A DNA stretch of 64,000 nt. It comes from Octopus sinensis. Lineage: Eukaryota. Below are positions 38,349 to 51,559 of this stretch, in pieces. Each line of letters starts with the position of its first letter. Positions within the stretch are counted from its first letter, which is position 1. The notes beneath the pieces were generated by a model. That model saw nothing but the letters and a program-made list of their open reading frames with translations. It made no database searches and was not told the DNA's origin. The DNA is taken from the NCBI RefSeq assembly GCF_006345805.1, contig NC_042999.1, forward strand, positions 152,582,001 to 152,646,000. Direction: 5' to 3'. The translations under genes and the position numbers were made by a program.

Positions 38349-38662
38349 GTTAGATTCTCTTCAACATTTAAATTTAATTTGTGTCAAAATATTTCCTCGT
38401 TTTGAAACCTGATCACTGACAAAACTTCGCGCTGCAGCCCAAAACTTCGTGATGTAGCACGAAGTTTTGTCATTGAACAGGACGTTGTTTCAAAGGGACG
38501 AAAATACTTTGACACAAATCAAATTCAAATGTTGAAGTGAACCTAACGTTTTTTTTTTGTGTTCTTAAATGGATCATAAACGTCTTCTAAGTTGCAGTTG
38601 TTTTTGTTCCAGCACACAATCTTAGATCAAGTCACTTGTTACGCGAGTAAATATCCGTAATA
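38349..38662. mobile_element. Fold-back repeat (inverted arms 38349-38547), probably Penelope-derived
   Basis: ~90-bp imperfect inverted arms; related sequence at 51345-51473; hammerhead-like layout in the right arm. Confidence 0.6.
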
Positions 38663-38699
38663 TAAATATATACATAGATATATAGAAATTTATATATAA

Positions 38700-38846
38700 A
38701 GCGTAGGAGTGGCTGTGTGGTAAGTACCACATGGTTCCGGGTTCAGTCCCATGCTTGAAACTTTGGACAAGTATCTTCTGCTATGGTTCCGGGCCGACCA
38801 AAGCCTTATGAGTCGATTTGGTAGACAGGAACTGAAATAAGCCGTC

Positions 38847-38897
<51 letters not shown>

Positions 38898-38899
38898 AC

Positions 38900-38946
<47 letters not shown>

Positions 38947-39165
38947 TGTGCGCGCGCGTGGGTGTGCGTTTATTTGTTTGTCTGTGTTTGTTCCTCCAAC
39001 ATCGCTTGACAGCCGATGCAGGTGTGTTTACGTCTCCGTTCTCAAAAGAGAACGATAGAATAAGTTCTAGGCTTACAAAGAATAAGTTCTGTGGTCGATT
39101 TGCTCGACTAAAAGCGGTGCTCCAGTATGGCCGCAATTAAATGACTGAAACAAATAAAAGACTAA
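38700..39165 (+). mobile_element. SINE family B
   Basis: Head, expanded internal TA/TG tract and tail GCGGTGCTCCAGTATGGCCGC. Confidence 0.88.
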
Positions 39166-39227
<62 letters not shown>

Positions 39228-40160
39228 TATGTTAAATACCTGAGCTAAACTGACTTCACTGTGTTGCAGTGTGCTCAAATTTCTGCTTCTGTTATTTAGT
39301 CACAAATAATCAGTTCAGATCTAACAGATTCATAATCGTATTTTAGGTTTGTCTAACATTACATTACCTAATGTGTCTTTGCCTATTTAAGAAAATATGG
39401 TGAGATTCCAAAAAGATTTGCTTGCCATTTCTAAAGTGTTGTACCGTTGACTAATGTTCTAATTCCTATTTGCGTGATCTATATCGATGTATTACTATTT
39501 TATCCGAGTATTTTCTGAGTGAGATACTAGTGTTTTCGTTGTGTGGTTTAATTCTAGATAAGATCAACAATTGTGAAAATGGAGATAATGGCGATACTTC
39601 CGGTTTCCTCTTTAAAGTTTTATCGTTATTCGGGATTCTTTTGTGCAATATTTCCATTTGTATCTATGTATTTATTTATCTTTGGGGTTGTAGGAAAAGA
39701 CTACGGGCCAAATTTCCTTTGCAAACACGCGAGACCCCACGAGATCCTTGAGATCAACGCGGTTTATTTCTAAGACTTTTATACGCTTTATATGTACCCT
39801 GGGCGTATTATTTTATCTTCCAAAATATTTTGGTTCGTGTTTCGCACAGAACCGTCACTTCCAGTAGCTTCCATTTTTGGTCAGTATACCACTTTTCGTT
39901 CAGCTCCTTTAATTTTCTACGTTTATCATTTATCGTAAGATGGTCTACCTTTTGTCCTTTCTGGACTGTTAAAACTTGGAATGTGCTATCCAATACCGTT
40001 AGCAATTTAAAGATGGCAGGGTGACATTTGAGGGATACCTGGCTATTATGTCAAGCGGTTCGTGTGATCACGTAAAAGCTAATTTGTTGGCATGTCATTA
40101 TTGTTCATTATTTATAATATTTACATTTGACGGATAATTGTCCTCGTCTTGTTTGTTGTT

Positions 40161-40206
40161 AACACAACTTTTCGGCTGATATACCCTCCAGCCTTCATCA
40201 GGTGTT
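40161..40206 (-). ncRNA. Type I hammerhead ribozyme motif (Penelope-type)
   Basis: Minus strand AACAC-CTGATGA-A-GGCTG-gagggtatat-CAGCC-GAAA-AGTT-GTGTT. Stem I AACAC/GTGTT, stem II GGCTG/CAGCC, intact CUGAUGA and GAAA; stem III is minimal or mutated. Confidence 0.75.
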
Positions 40207-40225
40207 TTGAGGAAATTTCGAACCT

Positions 40226-40325
40226 NNNNNNNNNNNNNNNNNNNNNNNNNNNNNNNNNNNNNNNNNNNNNNNNNNNNNNNNNNNNNNNNNNNNNNNNNNN
40301 NNNNNNNNNNNNNNNNNNNNNNNNN
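40226..40325. other. Assembly gap (100 N)
   Basis: Run of N. Confidence 1.
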
Positions 40326-40369
<44 letters not shown>

Positions 40370-40524
40370 AGTGTGTATGTGGTGTGTGTGTGTGTGTGCA
40401 TGTGATGTAAGAAGATTGACTGTATCTGAAGGAAAGATATATATATAGTCTATATTAAATCTCTGAGCGACATTTGAATATATAATATATATATAATATA
40501 TATATATATATAATATATATATAT

Positions 40525-40555
<31 letters not shown>

Positions 40556-40707
40556 ATGTGCGTGTGTTTGTGTGTGCATGTGTATATGTTGAAATGAATA
40601 GATAGATGGATGGATATATCGATAGATAGACGGTTAGATAGATAAATAGACAGATAGATAAACATATAGATACACAGACATACATACATACCGGCAGACA
40701 GACAGAC

Positions 40708-40778
<71 letters not shown>

Positions 40779-41427
40779 AGTCATTTTCCGAACGAAAATT
40801 GCCACAAATCAACGATAGCAAAATATAAATATGAAATCGGGTTTTTAATGTTTCTCGTGAGAAAGTCTCATCTGGCAATATCATTGAAAATGGGCGGGAA
40901 AAATTTAAGGAATCCTTTCATTTGAAGATCATACGGTAATTCCCTACAGCCATTTTGTGATTTTAATCAGAAATAGTTTCCACGTTCCCTTTGTTTTCTA
41001 TAAAATATGTTTTAACTGAATGTTCTAAATTAGTATATTTTGAATGTATTTAGATACAAACATGGCGCATGATTGTATGATGAATATATATATATATATC
41101 TTTCTGCGTTTCAAGATGCAGTATGTATGCATGTCTCTACGTATGGTGTTTGCGATAGTGTGCATATATGTATTAAAAAATAAGTATATATTTGTATATG
41201 TGTATGCATGTGTGCGCGTGTGTATGTATGTATGTATATATATATATATATATATATTATATGTGTGTATGTATATAAATGCACATCTCCATATATTTGT
41301 GCCAATATGTGTGCATATATATACCTATATGTATATATATATGTGTGTGTGTGTGTGTAATGTGGTGCTCCAACATGGCCGTAGTCAATTGAGCGAAACA
41401 AAAGAAAATAAAAATATCGATATATAC

Positions 41428-41473
<46 letters not shown>

Positions 41474-41659
41474 ATCGTTAAATGGAAGAGTTACTGAATG
41501 CTTTTTTTGTTGTAAAGTACATATTAAATTTTAGATGGAAATGTTCAAAAATGACTTATTTCGTATATATATACATACATATATATAAATATACATACAT
41601 ATATATATATATATATATATTTAATATATCATAGTAGTAGTATTAATAATAATAATCAT

Positions 41660-41825
41660 AATGCAAAAAGCGCAGCTTGGGGGTGGGGAAGAAGTCGATT
41701 ACATCAGTCCCAATGCATAACTGGTACTTATTTAATCGACCTCGGCGGAATTTGAACTCAGAACGTAGCGGCAGACGAAATAACGTTAAACATTTCGCCG
41801 GCGCGCTATCGATCCTGCCAGCTTT
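41660..41825 (-). mobile_element. SINE family A, partial
   Basis: ACTGGTACTTATTTAATCGACCTCGGCGGAATTTGAACTCAGAACG. Confidence 0.8.
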
Positions 41826-42048
41826 ATCAGCTTAATAATGGTAATAATATATAATAATAATAATAATATATAATAATAATATAATATAATAATCATAATA
41901 ATATTAATAATAATAATAATAATGATGATGATAATAATATGATAATATTAATAATAATATAATAATATAATAATAATAATACTAATAATAATAATGATGA
42001 TAATAATAATAATAATGATGATAATAAAAATAATAATAATAATAATAA

Positions 42049-42402
42049 TACCTGTTGTCATAGTGCCCTGGGAATGATAACACAAGGGCTGATAGCTACC
42101 TAACTCAGATACCAGGAAACCCAAAAATGGCAGAAGTTCAAAAATAGTGCTCATGGGAACTGCTCATATCCTACGCAAAATACTCTCCATGTAATCTCAA
42201 GGTTTAAAACAAACATATTTTCGGTTTAAAAGAAAAAAACCTTTTTTTTTAGACATTCATTAGTACAACACATCCCCACCCCACAAATATATGACACACT
42301 AGGCATAACAACAACATGAACTTCCAACCCTTTTGTCTCTTGAGGTCTCTGGGTGAGACTTGGAGCCAACTTGTACAAATATAAAGCAAAAGTCAAACAT
42401 AG
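42049..42402 (+). mobile_element. R4/Dong-like LINE 3' fragment embedded in (TAA)n
   Basis: Frameshifted IPVVI.ALGMI...YLTQIPGNPKMAEVQK.VLMGTAHILRKILSM*, then a 3'UTR. (TAA)n on both sides. Confidence 0.8.
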
Positions 42403-42450
42403 AATAATAATAATAAAATAATAAGAATCATAATAATAAATAATAATAAA

Positions 42451-42482
<32 letters not shown>

Positions 42483-42505
42483 CTAATAATAATAAGATAA
42501 TAAGA

Positions 42506-42538
<33 letters not shown>

Positions 42539-42751
42539 TAATAATAATAATAATAATATAATAATAATTAATAATAATAAGATAATAATAATACCTGGAT
42601 GAAGTTTATAAATATTTTAATGCACCTGAAGAATGAACGCGTAAATATGATTCACGTCATGTCCACGGACTACTACACGCCGTACTGTAATCATACCAGG
42701 AATGTAGACTATAATCGTAAGAAATATGATTTGTGGAAACGCGCGTAAATT

Positions 42752-42752
<1 letters not shown>

Positions 42753-42816
<64 letters not shown>
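42753..42816. repeat. (CTA)n microsatellite
   Basis: Read directly from the sequence. Confidence 0.95.
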
Positions 42817-42904
42817 GCACACTTCTGTACGTCCCCAAAATATTGCTATTGTTACTTGGTATCATTAGGTTGCAGCTGGCATAATAAAATAGGAGCTTTT
42901 ATAT

Positions 42905-43465
42905 ATAGGTGTGGCTAAGTGGTAAGTGGCTTACTTGCAAACCACATGGTCCTGCGTTAAGTCCCACTGCTTTGAACCTTGGGCAAGTGTCCTCTACAAT
43001 AGCCTCGAGCCGACCAAAGCCTTGCGAGTAGAGTTGGTAGACAGAAACTGAAAGAAGCCCGTCCAATATATATATACTAGCAGTATCGCCCGGCGTTGCT
43101 CGGGTTTGTAAGGGAAATAACTATATAAGCATTTTTAGAGAGTTATAGCCAAAAAATAGCAAAAGAAATGCATTAAAAATGGGAAAAAATGATGGTAAAT
43201 GTTTTTTTAAAATCGTTGACTCATCGTAGATATTTTTAGAGAGTTACTTCCCTTAGCGAAAAAAATGCATTAAAATGGAAAAAATGATGGTAAATTATTT
43301 AAAAAATCGTAGACTCATCGTAGACGCGCGCTAATACCCAGAAGGGCTCGATATGAATCACGACTATAAGGTACCCGCTTTTGGTTACACTGCACCGCAA
43401 AATGTGGGAGTAGTTAGGAATCTAAATCGTAGGAGACAGACACACAACGTCTCTTTTATATATAA

Positions 43466-43503
<38 letters not shown>

Positions 43504-43572
43504 TATCTGGCGGTGGTGTCTCAGCATGGCCGCAGACGCAGACGGTAGGCTGAAACATATAAAAGAGTAAAA

Positions 43573-43575
<3 letters not shown>
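42905..43575 (+). mobile_element. SINE family B head (42905-43065) and tail-like piece (43505-43575) flanking a Helitron
   Basis: GTGGCTAAGTGGTAAG...CCTTGGGCAAGTGTCC head; CAGCATGGCCGCAG...TGAAAC...AAAAGAGTAAAAGA tail. Confidence 0.75.
43077..43468 (-). mobile_element. Non-autonomous Helitron (copy of 21058-21454)
   Basis: TC...hairpin...CTAG termini, an A|T target within (TA)n, and high similarity to the 21058 copy. Confidence 0.9.
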
Positions 43576-43611
<36 letters not shown>

Positions 43612-44527
43612 TATACATATGTATATATATACATTTTACATATCTATAGAAAGGATACCAGAAACCAATGACGCGGTGGTGCAAATGTCAAAAAGATCTG
43701 TCCATATAGGTATACGTATGTGTATGTAAGTATATATATATATATATATTTATGCTTGTATGTATATATAAATTCATATATATACATATATCATTTGACA
43801 TAAAAATCGATAACTTTTATTTATATAGTACATATCTATTATCTTCACTCACACACACAGACACACAAATACACACTTACACACACACAAACACGCATAC
43901 AACAGACGCACATACACTCACACACACACGCGCGCGCGTTGCCATAACGCACCCTTAACTTTTCTGGAGGTTTCATGACCCACTGAAAAAATATCTTTCA
44001 ACTTTAGTGTAAATCTTTCAACTTTAGTCTAAATTTAGAGTTTTACATACAATTAATGTTAGAAATATTTCAATAACTAATTTCTCTTCTCTATGAATGG
44101 CTACTTTCCCGCTCTCAGTTTTTGTTTTCCATTTTTTTTTTCATATCTGTGTGCTTATGTGCTTCTATGAATGCGTCATATTTTATTTTAAGATATCTAT
44201 CTATCTATATAGCTATATAAATATCTATATATCATATACAATATTAATATATATAATATATATATATATATATATTAATAATATATATATATAATATATA
44301 TATATATTATAATATATGTATAGTATATATAATGTTATATATATATATGTATATATATATATTGCATACATGTGTATATATATATATATATATATATGCA
44401 TACATTTGTGTATATGGCAAACTTCCTCATTCTACATTGAGTGAAGGACGAGATGGACGTAGAATCCTTGGCATCATGTTTTTTATTTTGATTAATATAT
44501 ATATATATTGTATATATATATATATGC

Positions 44528-44590
<63 letters not shown>

Positions 44591-44784
44591 AATATATATA
44601 TATGTATATATATATATATGTATCTATATATATCTATACACATATATAGGTATATATACAATATATGATATATATAAATATGATATATATTATTTATATG
44701 TAAATATATATATATTATACATAGGCGCAGGAGTGACTGTAGTAGTAGCTTGCTTACCAGCCACATGGACCCGGGTTCAGTCCC

Positions 44785-45082
44785 ATTCTCTGTAAGCCTA
44801 GCACTTATTCTATCGGCCTCTTTTGCCGAACCACTAAGTTACGGGGACGTAAACACACCAGCATCGGGTGTCAAGCGATGTTGGGAGGACAAACACAGAC
44901 ACACAAACATATAATATACGACAGGCTTCTGCTAGTTTCCCTCTACCAAATCCACCCACAAGGGTTTTGTCGGCCCGAGGCAATAGTAGAAGACACATGC
45001 CCAAGTTGCCACGCAGTGGAACTGAACCCGGGTCCATGTGGCTGGTAAGCAAGCTACTTACTACACAGCCACTCCTGCGCCT
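44785..45082 (-). mobile_element. SINE family B lacking its 3' tail, fused to an inverted copy of its own 5' end
   Basis: Inverted copy at 44723-44784 shares the CCAGCCACATGGACCCGGG variant. Confidence 0.85.
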
Positions 45083-46317
45083 ATGTATAAATATAAATAT
45101 ATATATATATATAAATATTATATATCATATTTATATATATCATATATATGTGTATATATATATATACATATATATATATACATATATATATTTATATATA
45201 TATATATATATGTATATGATATATATATATATTTATATAGCTATATAGATAGATAGATATCTTATATATATGTACACATATATATGTACATAAATATATG
45301 TATATATATATTGTATACATCTATATAATATATTTGTAATATACATTGTTACATATTATGTTATCAGTATATGTGGATATGTTATGTGTGTGTTGTCGTT
45401 GCTGTGTGTGTCTATGTATATATGTATATATGTTTGAATATAAATGTATATATGTATGAATATGTGTATATACATACATATATATATAAACACACTAATA
45501 TGTGTTTATACATATATAAACGTATTGGGTTAAATATTTCGTTATATATGTGTGAATGCGAGAGTATTTATGATTGTCTTTGCGTGTACGTTTATGCATG
45601 TATGTGTGTGTGAGTGTGTGTGTGAGTGTGTTTGTGTGTGTGTTTTTGAGTGTGTTTGTGTGTGTGTTTTTGAGTGTGTTTGTGTGTGTGTTTTTGAGTG
45701 TGTTTGTGTGTGCATGTATTCTATATCAGTTTGCAAACGAAAATAAATTATGCCTCATTTGGTGTAAGACGACAGAAATGAGAAGGAGGGGAGAGGAGGA
45801 ATGAGGTAGGGAGAGCTAGAAAGAGGAAGAAAAACAGAAAGAGAAAAGTGAAAGAGAAAGAGAGGGAGAAGAGGAAAAAGTGAGAAGGGAGAGAAAGAGA
45901 GGACAAAGGAACTCTATCACCTTTAACATTTCTTCACATCCAATTTATGGTGTATTTTTGTTTTATATTTGTCTCAGCTATCACCGCCATCGTCATCTTT
46001 TCCGTATTTGTAATAACTCCACCACAATCAACACCTCACTAACACAACCACCAGCGCCACCACAAGAACAAATCCAACAACAACAGCAACAGCAACAATG
46101 CCATCTCTGCCTCCACCGTATCACCAGTAACACCACCGATACCAACAACAACGACATAATTCTAGTCACTATGATGACTACAAGCAGCTGAAGAGACACC
46201 TCCGTCGTTGCATCATCATCGTCATCGTCGTCGGCGTCGTCAACATCAATATCGTCATCGTTATCATCATTGCTGTCGTCGTCATTATAATCACAGTCAA
46301 CATTTTCACCTTCATCC

Positions 46318-46350
<33 letters not shown>

Positions 46351-46486
46351 CCTTCGTCGTCATCACCGTCGGCGTCGCCGTCATCGTCCGCATGAGAAGG
46401 GCATCGTTTCCCCTCTCTATTGTCATATTCGTCATCGTAATATCAATAGAACTCCTATGTAATGGGGGCGGGAGTGTATAGAGTTC

Positions 46487-46549
<63 letters not shown>

Positions 46550-47195
46550 GATAAAACAAAATAACTTCATAGAGATAGATTAGAAGAGTGATGAGTAAAT
46601 CGACAGACGTGAAGACATTATGTAAGTATATATATATATATATATATATATACAACGATCATTGGTAGTTCTTATTTATCTATGAGAAGGTGCTTTCGTC
46701 CCCGAGGGGCGGCATTACTCATTAGGTGGAAAATTTGAAGGATCCATGACTATCTCTTGAACATAAGTGATGTATGTTCCCAGGGTGAGCGACATCGGAT
46801 GAAAATTATAGCTTTTAAGGGGGATCAAGGAAAAGGCTTGTATTCACACACACACACACACACACACATACACACACACACACATAAATACATACATACA
46901 TCTTCCGTTTCATTATATATTTATATGTCTGTACGAAACGATCGGCTGCAAGAATTAAACTTCTCATAAATCGAACAACTTGTCTCCTCTATTTTTAACA
47001 AAATTGATGGAATTTATTGGACTTCATTCCATAAATTCAGCATATATTATATATAAGCACTACTTTCATATCATCGCATATTTACGACTGTAAACTCCCA
47101 GCAAACTATGAAGAATCAACATTAGAAATTTTTTTGGGGAAACCTCCAATTTAAAGGACGAATCCACATTCAACCTTTAAATAAGTGTGTGTGTG

Positions 47196-47227
<32 letters not shown>

Positions 47228-47473
47228 GCGCGCATATGCACGTGCGCATGAACACAAATGTTCTGTATGTGTTTGCTATATGTGTGACAGCGAATGCGTA
47301 TAAATGATCTTCGTCAGTAATTGAGTTGATTTTTTACAGAAACGGAACTGGCTTAGATAATGTTAATGAAGTATTAGGTCCGTAACACAGCGCTTCGACA
47401 AATACAATTCCATACAATTTATATAAGATTGCAACAATTCCAGGGGACGATCCATCCGACTCAATTGTTGACG

Positions 47474-47553
47474 GCGTGGCCTCAGCGTGGCCCCAGCGTG
47501 GCCCCAGCGTGGCCCCAGCGTGGCTGCACTCTATATACTTGAAATCATAAAAG
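47474..47553 (+). repeat. 11-bp tandem repeat (GCGTGGCCCCA) x~4 within a CR1/SINE-B-like tail
   Basis: Read directly from the sequence; followed by TGAAA...AAAAGAAT. Confidence 0.7.
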
Positions 47554-47694
47554 AATATATGAATAGATACAAGTATTTAAGAATATTTACTCTCACTCAC
47601 AAAATATGTGGGTGTGTGTAGATATGTACATATATACATACATGTATCTGCACACGTGTGTATATATATATATTACACACACATATATATATGT

Positions 47695-47766
<72 letters not shown>

Positions 47767-47870
47767 CATATTTGTGTATATATACCAAAAGATTAAGGTT
47801 TCTATTGTTATAATATATATAGTTATTTATGTATTCATATATAGAGAGAGACAGAGATAGAGAGACAGAC

Positions 47871-47919
<49 letters not shown>

Positions 47920-48274
47920 GACAGGGCATCGGAGTTGAATCTTGAATGTAAATGGCAGAGAGACTGAAAGAGACAGAGAGAATAAAAATAGAGAAGGAAC
48001 AAGAGAGAGATAGAAGGAGTCAGTATGCGTGAGATAGAGAGGAGAAACATGTTGACAATCGAAGCATGACAGAAAGAGAAAGCCATGCAGAAATTGTAAT
48101 TAGGCATGTATAATGCAAATAATCAGTGAAGCGTGAAACTATATTAAACTAAAGCATGACATCACAAAATCGCGCAACAAGTCAAGCGTAGCAAGTAGAG
48201 AATGGATAAACTGTGTGAAGAGGGAGAGTCGTCTAGGGAGTTTGTCTAGAATTGGGTAGTTCTGAGCCTATATG

Positions 48275-48344
<70 letters not shown>

Positions 48345-48574
48345 ATATATAGTATATATACACATATACATATACATATACATTATAATATACACATACA
48401 TATATATGTGTATATCGTATACATTATGTATATAAATATATATATATTTGTATATATATGTGTGTGTGTGCCTGCATATATATATATATATTCACTAGAT
48501 CAAGGTGTTTATATATCTATCATCTATCTATCGTGTTTCGAAATGCATAAATAAATACAAATATATTTAATACA

Positions 48575-48606
<32 letters not shown>

Positions 48607-48712
48607 CATTTATATACACACATGCATATATGTATAAGCATCATATGGAACTGATGCATATATATATATATATATATATATTTGTACATGAATATGTATG
48701 TATGTATGTATG

Positions 48713-48743
<31 letters not shown>

Positions 48744-48962
48744 ATGACAGAAAATCTACGAAAAATTTGTATATATTAGTAACATGACTTGTATGCTACA
48801 CACGAATTCATGTATTTTATATATTTCTGCATTTCTGCCTTTATAAACATTTTAGTGCGAATATGTGTACAAAAGTGCGTTTCTATATTGTCTATCGAAA
48901 TTGTAGTTGATTATATTTTTATTTCTGAGCATGCATGGATTTTGTGTGAATATATATTTATT

Positions 48963-49272
48963 CGTGAAGGCGCAATGGGCCAGTCGCTAGGGCAGCGGAG
49001 TCGCGGTCGTAGCATCGTTGTTTCGATTCCCTGACCGGGCGTTGTATGTGTTTATTGAACGAATACACCTAAAAGCTCCAGCAGGGGGTGGTGGCGACCC
49101 TTGTAGTACTCTTTCGCCTCAACTTTCTCTCACTCTCTCTCTTCCTGTTTCTTGAGTAACGCTGCGATGGACTGGCGTCCCGGCCATGTGGGGGGAACAC
49201 TTACGCCACAGAAACCGAGAAACCGGGTCCATGAGCCTGGCTAGGCTTGAAAAGGGCGACGTTTATCGTTTA
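48963..49272 (+). mobile_element. SINE family C with V-domain-like tail
   Basis: Family C head and body; tail GCTGCGATGGACTGGCGTCCCGG...CAGAAACCGAGAAACCGGG...ATGAGCC. Confidence 0.85.
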
Positions 49273-49277
49273 TATAT

Positions 49278-50630
49278 TGATTGATTGATTGTAGTTTCAG
49301 CTCATGAGCTGTGGCCATGCTGGGGCACCGCCATTTGGTGTTGCTACATGGTTTTACTTCACGAATGCTTTTTAGCAACTGCCATTTGGTGCATGAGAGA
49401 GTTCGATGCAGCTGCCCTCATCTGCACCTCCTGCTGTGAAGTTGGTCATCTGGGATACCTGACAAGAAGAGATCCAGTTTCATTTAGACATCTGCATCAC
49501 CCCATGCAGGTCTCTTAGGGTCTTCGGGAGGATATGGAAGAGCTGTGGGCCTCGGAAGTCCAGGCTATCACAGTATCTTGTCCTACATCTTGATGGCAAA
49601 TTTGGAGTTCTAGGCACCACGCAGTGGCGCCCAGTTCTGGCATTTGTGTAACTCTCGATGCCAAAGTTTGAGACAAGTCCCTCCAGGATCTTCCAGATGT
49701 ATATTATGGCACATCTTTCTCGCCTACGCTCCAAGGAATAGAGTTTTAATCTCTTGAGTCTTTCCCAGTAGCTTATATTCTGCATAGAGGCTATCTTCTT
49801 CGTGTAGCTACGTTGGATCGCCTCAAGTTCTGTGATCAACTTGACACTGGATGGGGACCATAGCTGAGAGCAATAGTCAAAGTGGCTTAGGACAAGTGTC
49901 CTCCAGAGGACCATCATGGTTTCTTGTTCTCTTGTTGAAAGGTTCTGAGAATCCATCCGGCCAGTCGTCTACATTTCATTGCCATTTAGCACATGTACAC
50001 GAAAGGTTGCGTCATCACTCATGTAAATACCCAGGTCACGCACTGATTGTGCCTCTGGGATTGCAATTCCTCCGGGTCCAGTGTATATTGGGTTGGTATT
50101 GCATTTAGTTTTGCATGCTGATAGCATAAAGCTTGAAACTTTTCAGCATTGAACTGCATGCTATTCTTTTCAGCCCACTTGTATATTTTGTCCAGCTCAC
50201 ATTGCAGGCGTTTAGTGTCCTCAGGGTTCTGTATTGCCTGTGAAACTTTGTATAATCTGCATAACTTGTGATCGTGCCTCTCCGCGTGGCTGAGGGCATG
50301 TCTGAGAGGGCCATTATGAACAGTAGTGGTCCCAAAAACAGTGCCCTGCGGAACACCGCTCACTATTTGCGTGTTAATGGAAGTGGCCCCATTGGCTACT
50401 ACCACCTGACTTCTATCTTTCAGAAAGTCATGAAGCCATTCTCCCAGTTTTCCAACTATGCTAAGATCACGCAGTTTGTGACATATCATTCCATGATCGA
50501 CTTTATTAAAGGCCTTTGCAAAGTCGAGATATATCACTTCCACATTTGAGTGGTTGAGCAGTCGTTTCAGCACCCAGTCATAGTGTTGTAGGAGCTGAGT
50601 TAAGCAGCTTCATCCTGGTCGGAAACCATG
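49278..50630 (-). mobile_element. CR1-group LINE, 5'-truncated RT plus 3' end, pseudogenised
   Basis: HGFRPG, IYLDFAKAFNKVDHG, SGVPQG, LGPLLF, YAD, YCSQLWSP, LKLYSLERRRER; 3' end with (AATC)n. Frameshifts present. Confidence 0.92.
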
Positions 50631-51191
50631 TATATATATATATATTGTGTGTGTGCGTGTGAAAGAGAGTGAGAATGAGAGAGAGAGAGAGAGATGGGGA
50701 GAAAGAGAGAGTCTGGGAGAGAGAGTGAGAGGCTTATTCTGTGTGTACGTATGAGTGCGTGCGCGTGTATACTGGTGTTGAGTTACGGGTGGGATAACAA
50801 CTGTTTCTTAAATTGTAAGTATAGAAAATCTGTGCATCAGTACATATGTGTGTGTGTGTGTGTGTGCATATAAATATGTGTGTGTGTGTTCGTATCTACA
50901 TATGTATCTATATATGTATATTCATATGTGTCTATATATGTGTATGCATATTTATGTGCAGGAGCAACTGTTTTATCGAAAGAGTATATTGTTGTTAAAT
51001 GCTCGAAATACGAGACTAGGGACCCGCCAACAGCTGGTGAAGAGTCGTTCTTTACGTTGTTCATTTTGTTTTCCATTTGTGTCTTTCGTTGCTCGAAAGA
51101 ATAGTTCATGTTCTATGTACTAATGCTTCGTATTTTTTGTTGTACACGTTTCATGACGTCCGGTGCCCACGTATGATTATATATATAGATA

Positions 51192-51290
<99 letters not shown>

Positions 51291-51344
51291 TATATATATG
51301 TATATAGGTATGCACATATACGTATGTATATATGCATATATATA

Positions 51345-51473
51345 TATTACGTAGATGTACTTGCATAGCAAGTGACTTGATCTGAGATCGTATGCTGTTT
51401 AATGTTGAAGTGAATCTAACGGTTTTGTGTGTTTCTTAAATGGCTTATAAACACCTTCCACGCTGCAATTGTT
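51345..51473. mobile_element. Rearranged fragment of the 38349-38662 repeat family
   Basis: 51345-51395 is the reverse complement of ~38610-38662; 51400-51473 is a direct match to ~38528-38600. Confidence 0.7.
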
Positions 51474-51504
51474 ATATATATATTATATATATACATATCT
51501 ATAT

Positions 51505-51557
<53 letters not shown>

Positions 51558-51559
<2 letters not shown>

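Noticed and set aside
42620-42752. CTGAAGA ... GAAACGCGCGTA as a hammerhead
   Set aside because: The boxes are more than 100 nt apart without a convincing stem II; at most a relic.
46695-46735. Minus-strand CTAATGAG...CGAAAG hammerhead-like motif
   Set aside because: Core G5 is mutated and no stem I/III partner was found.
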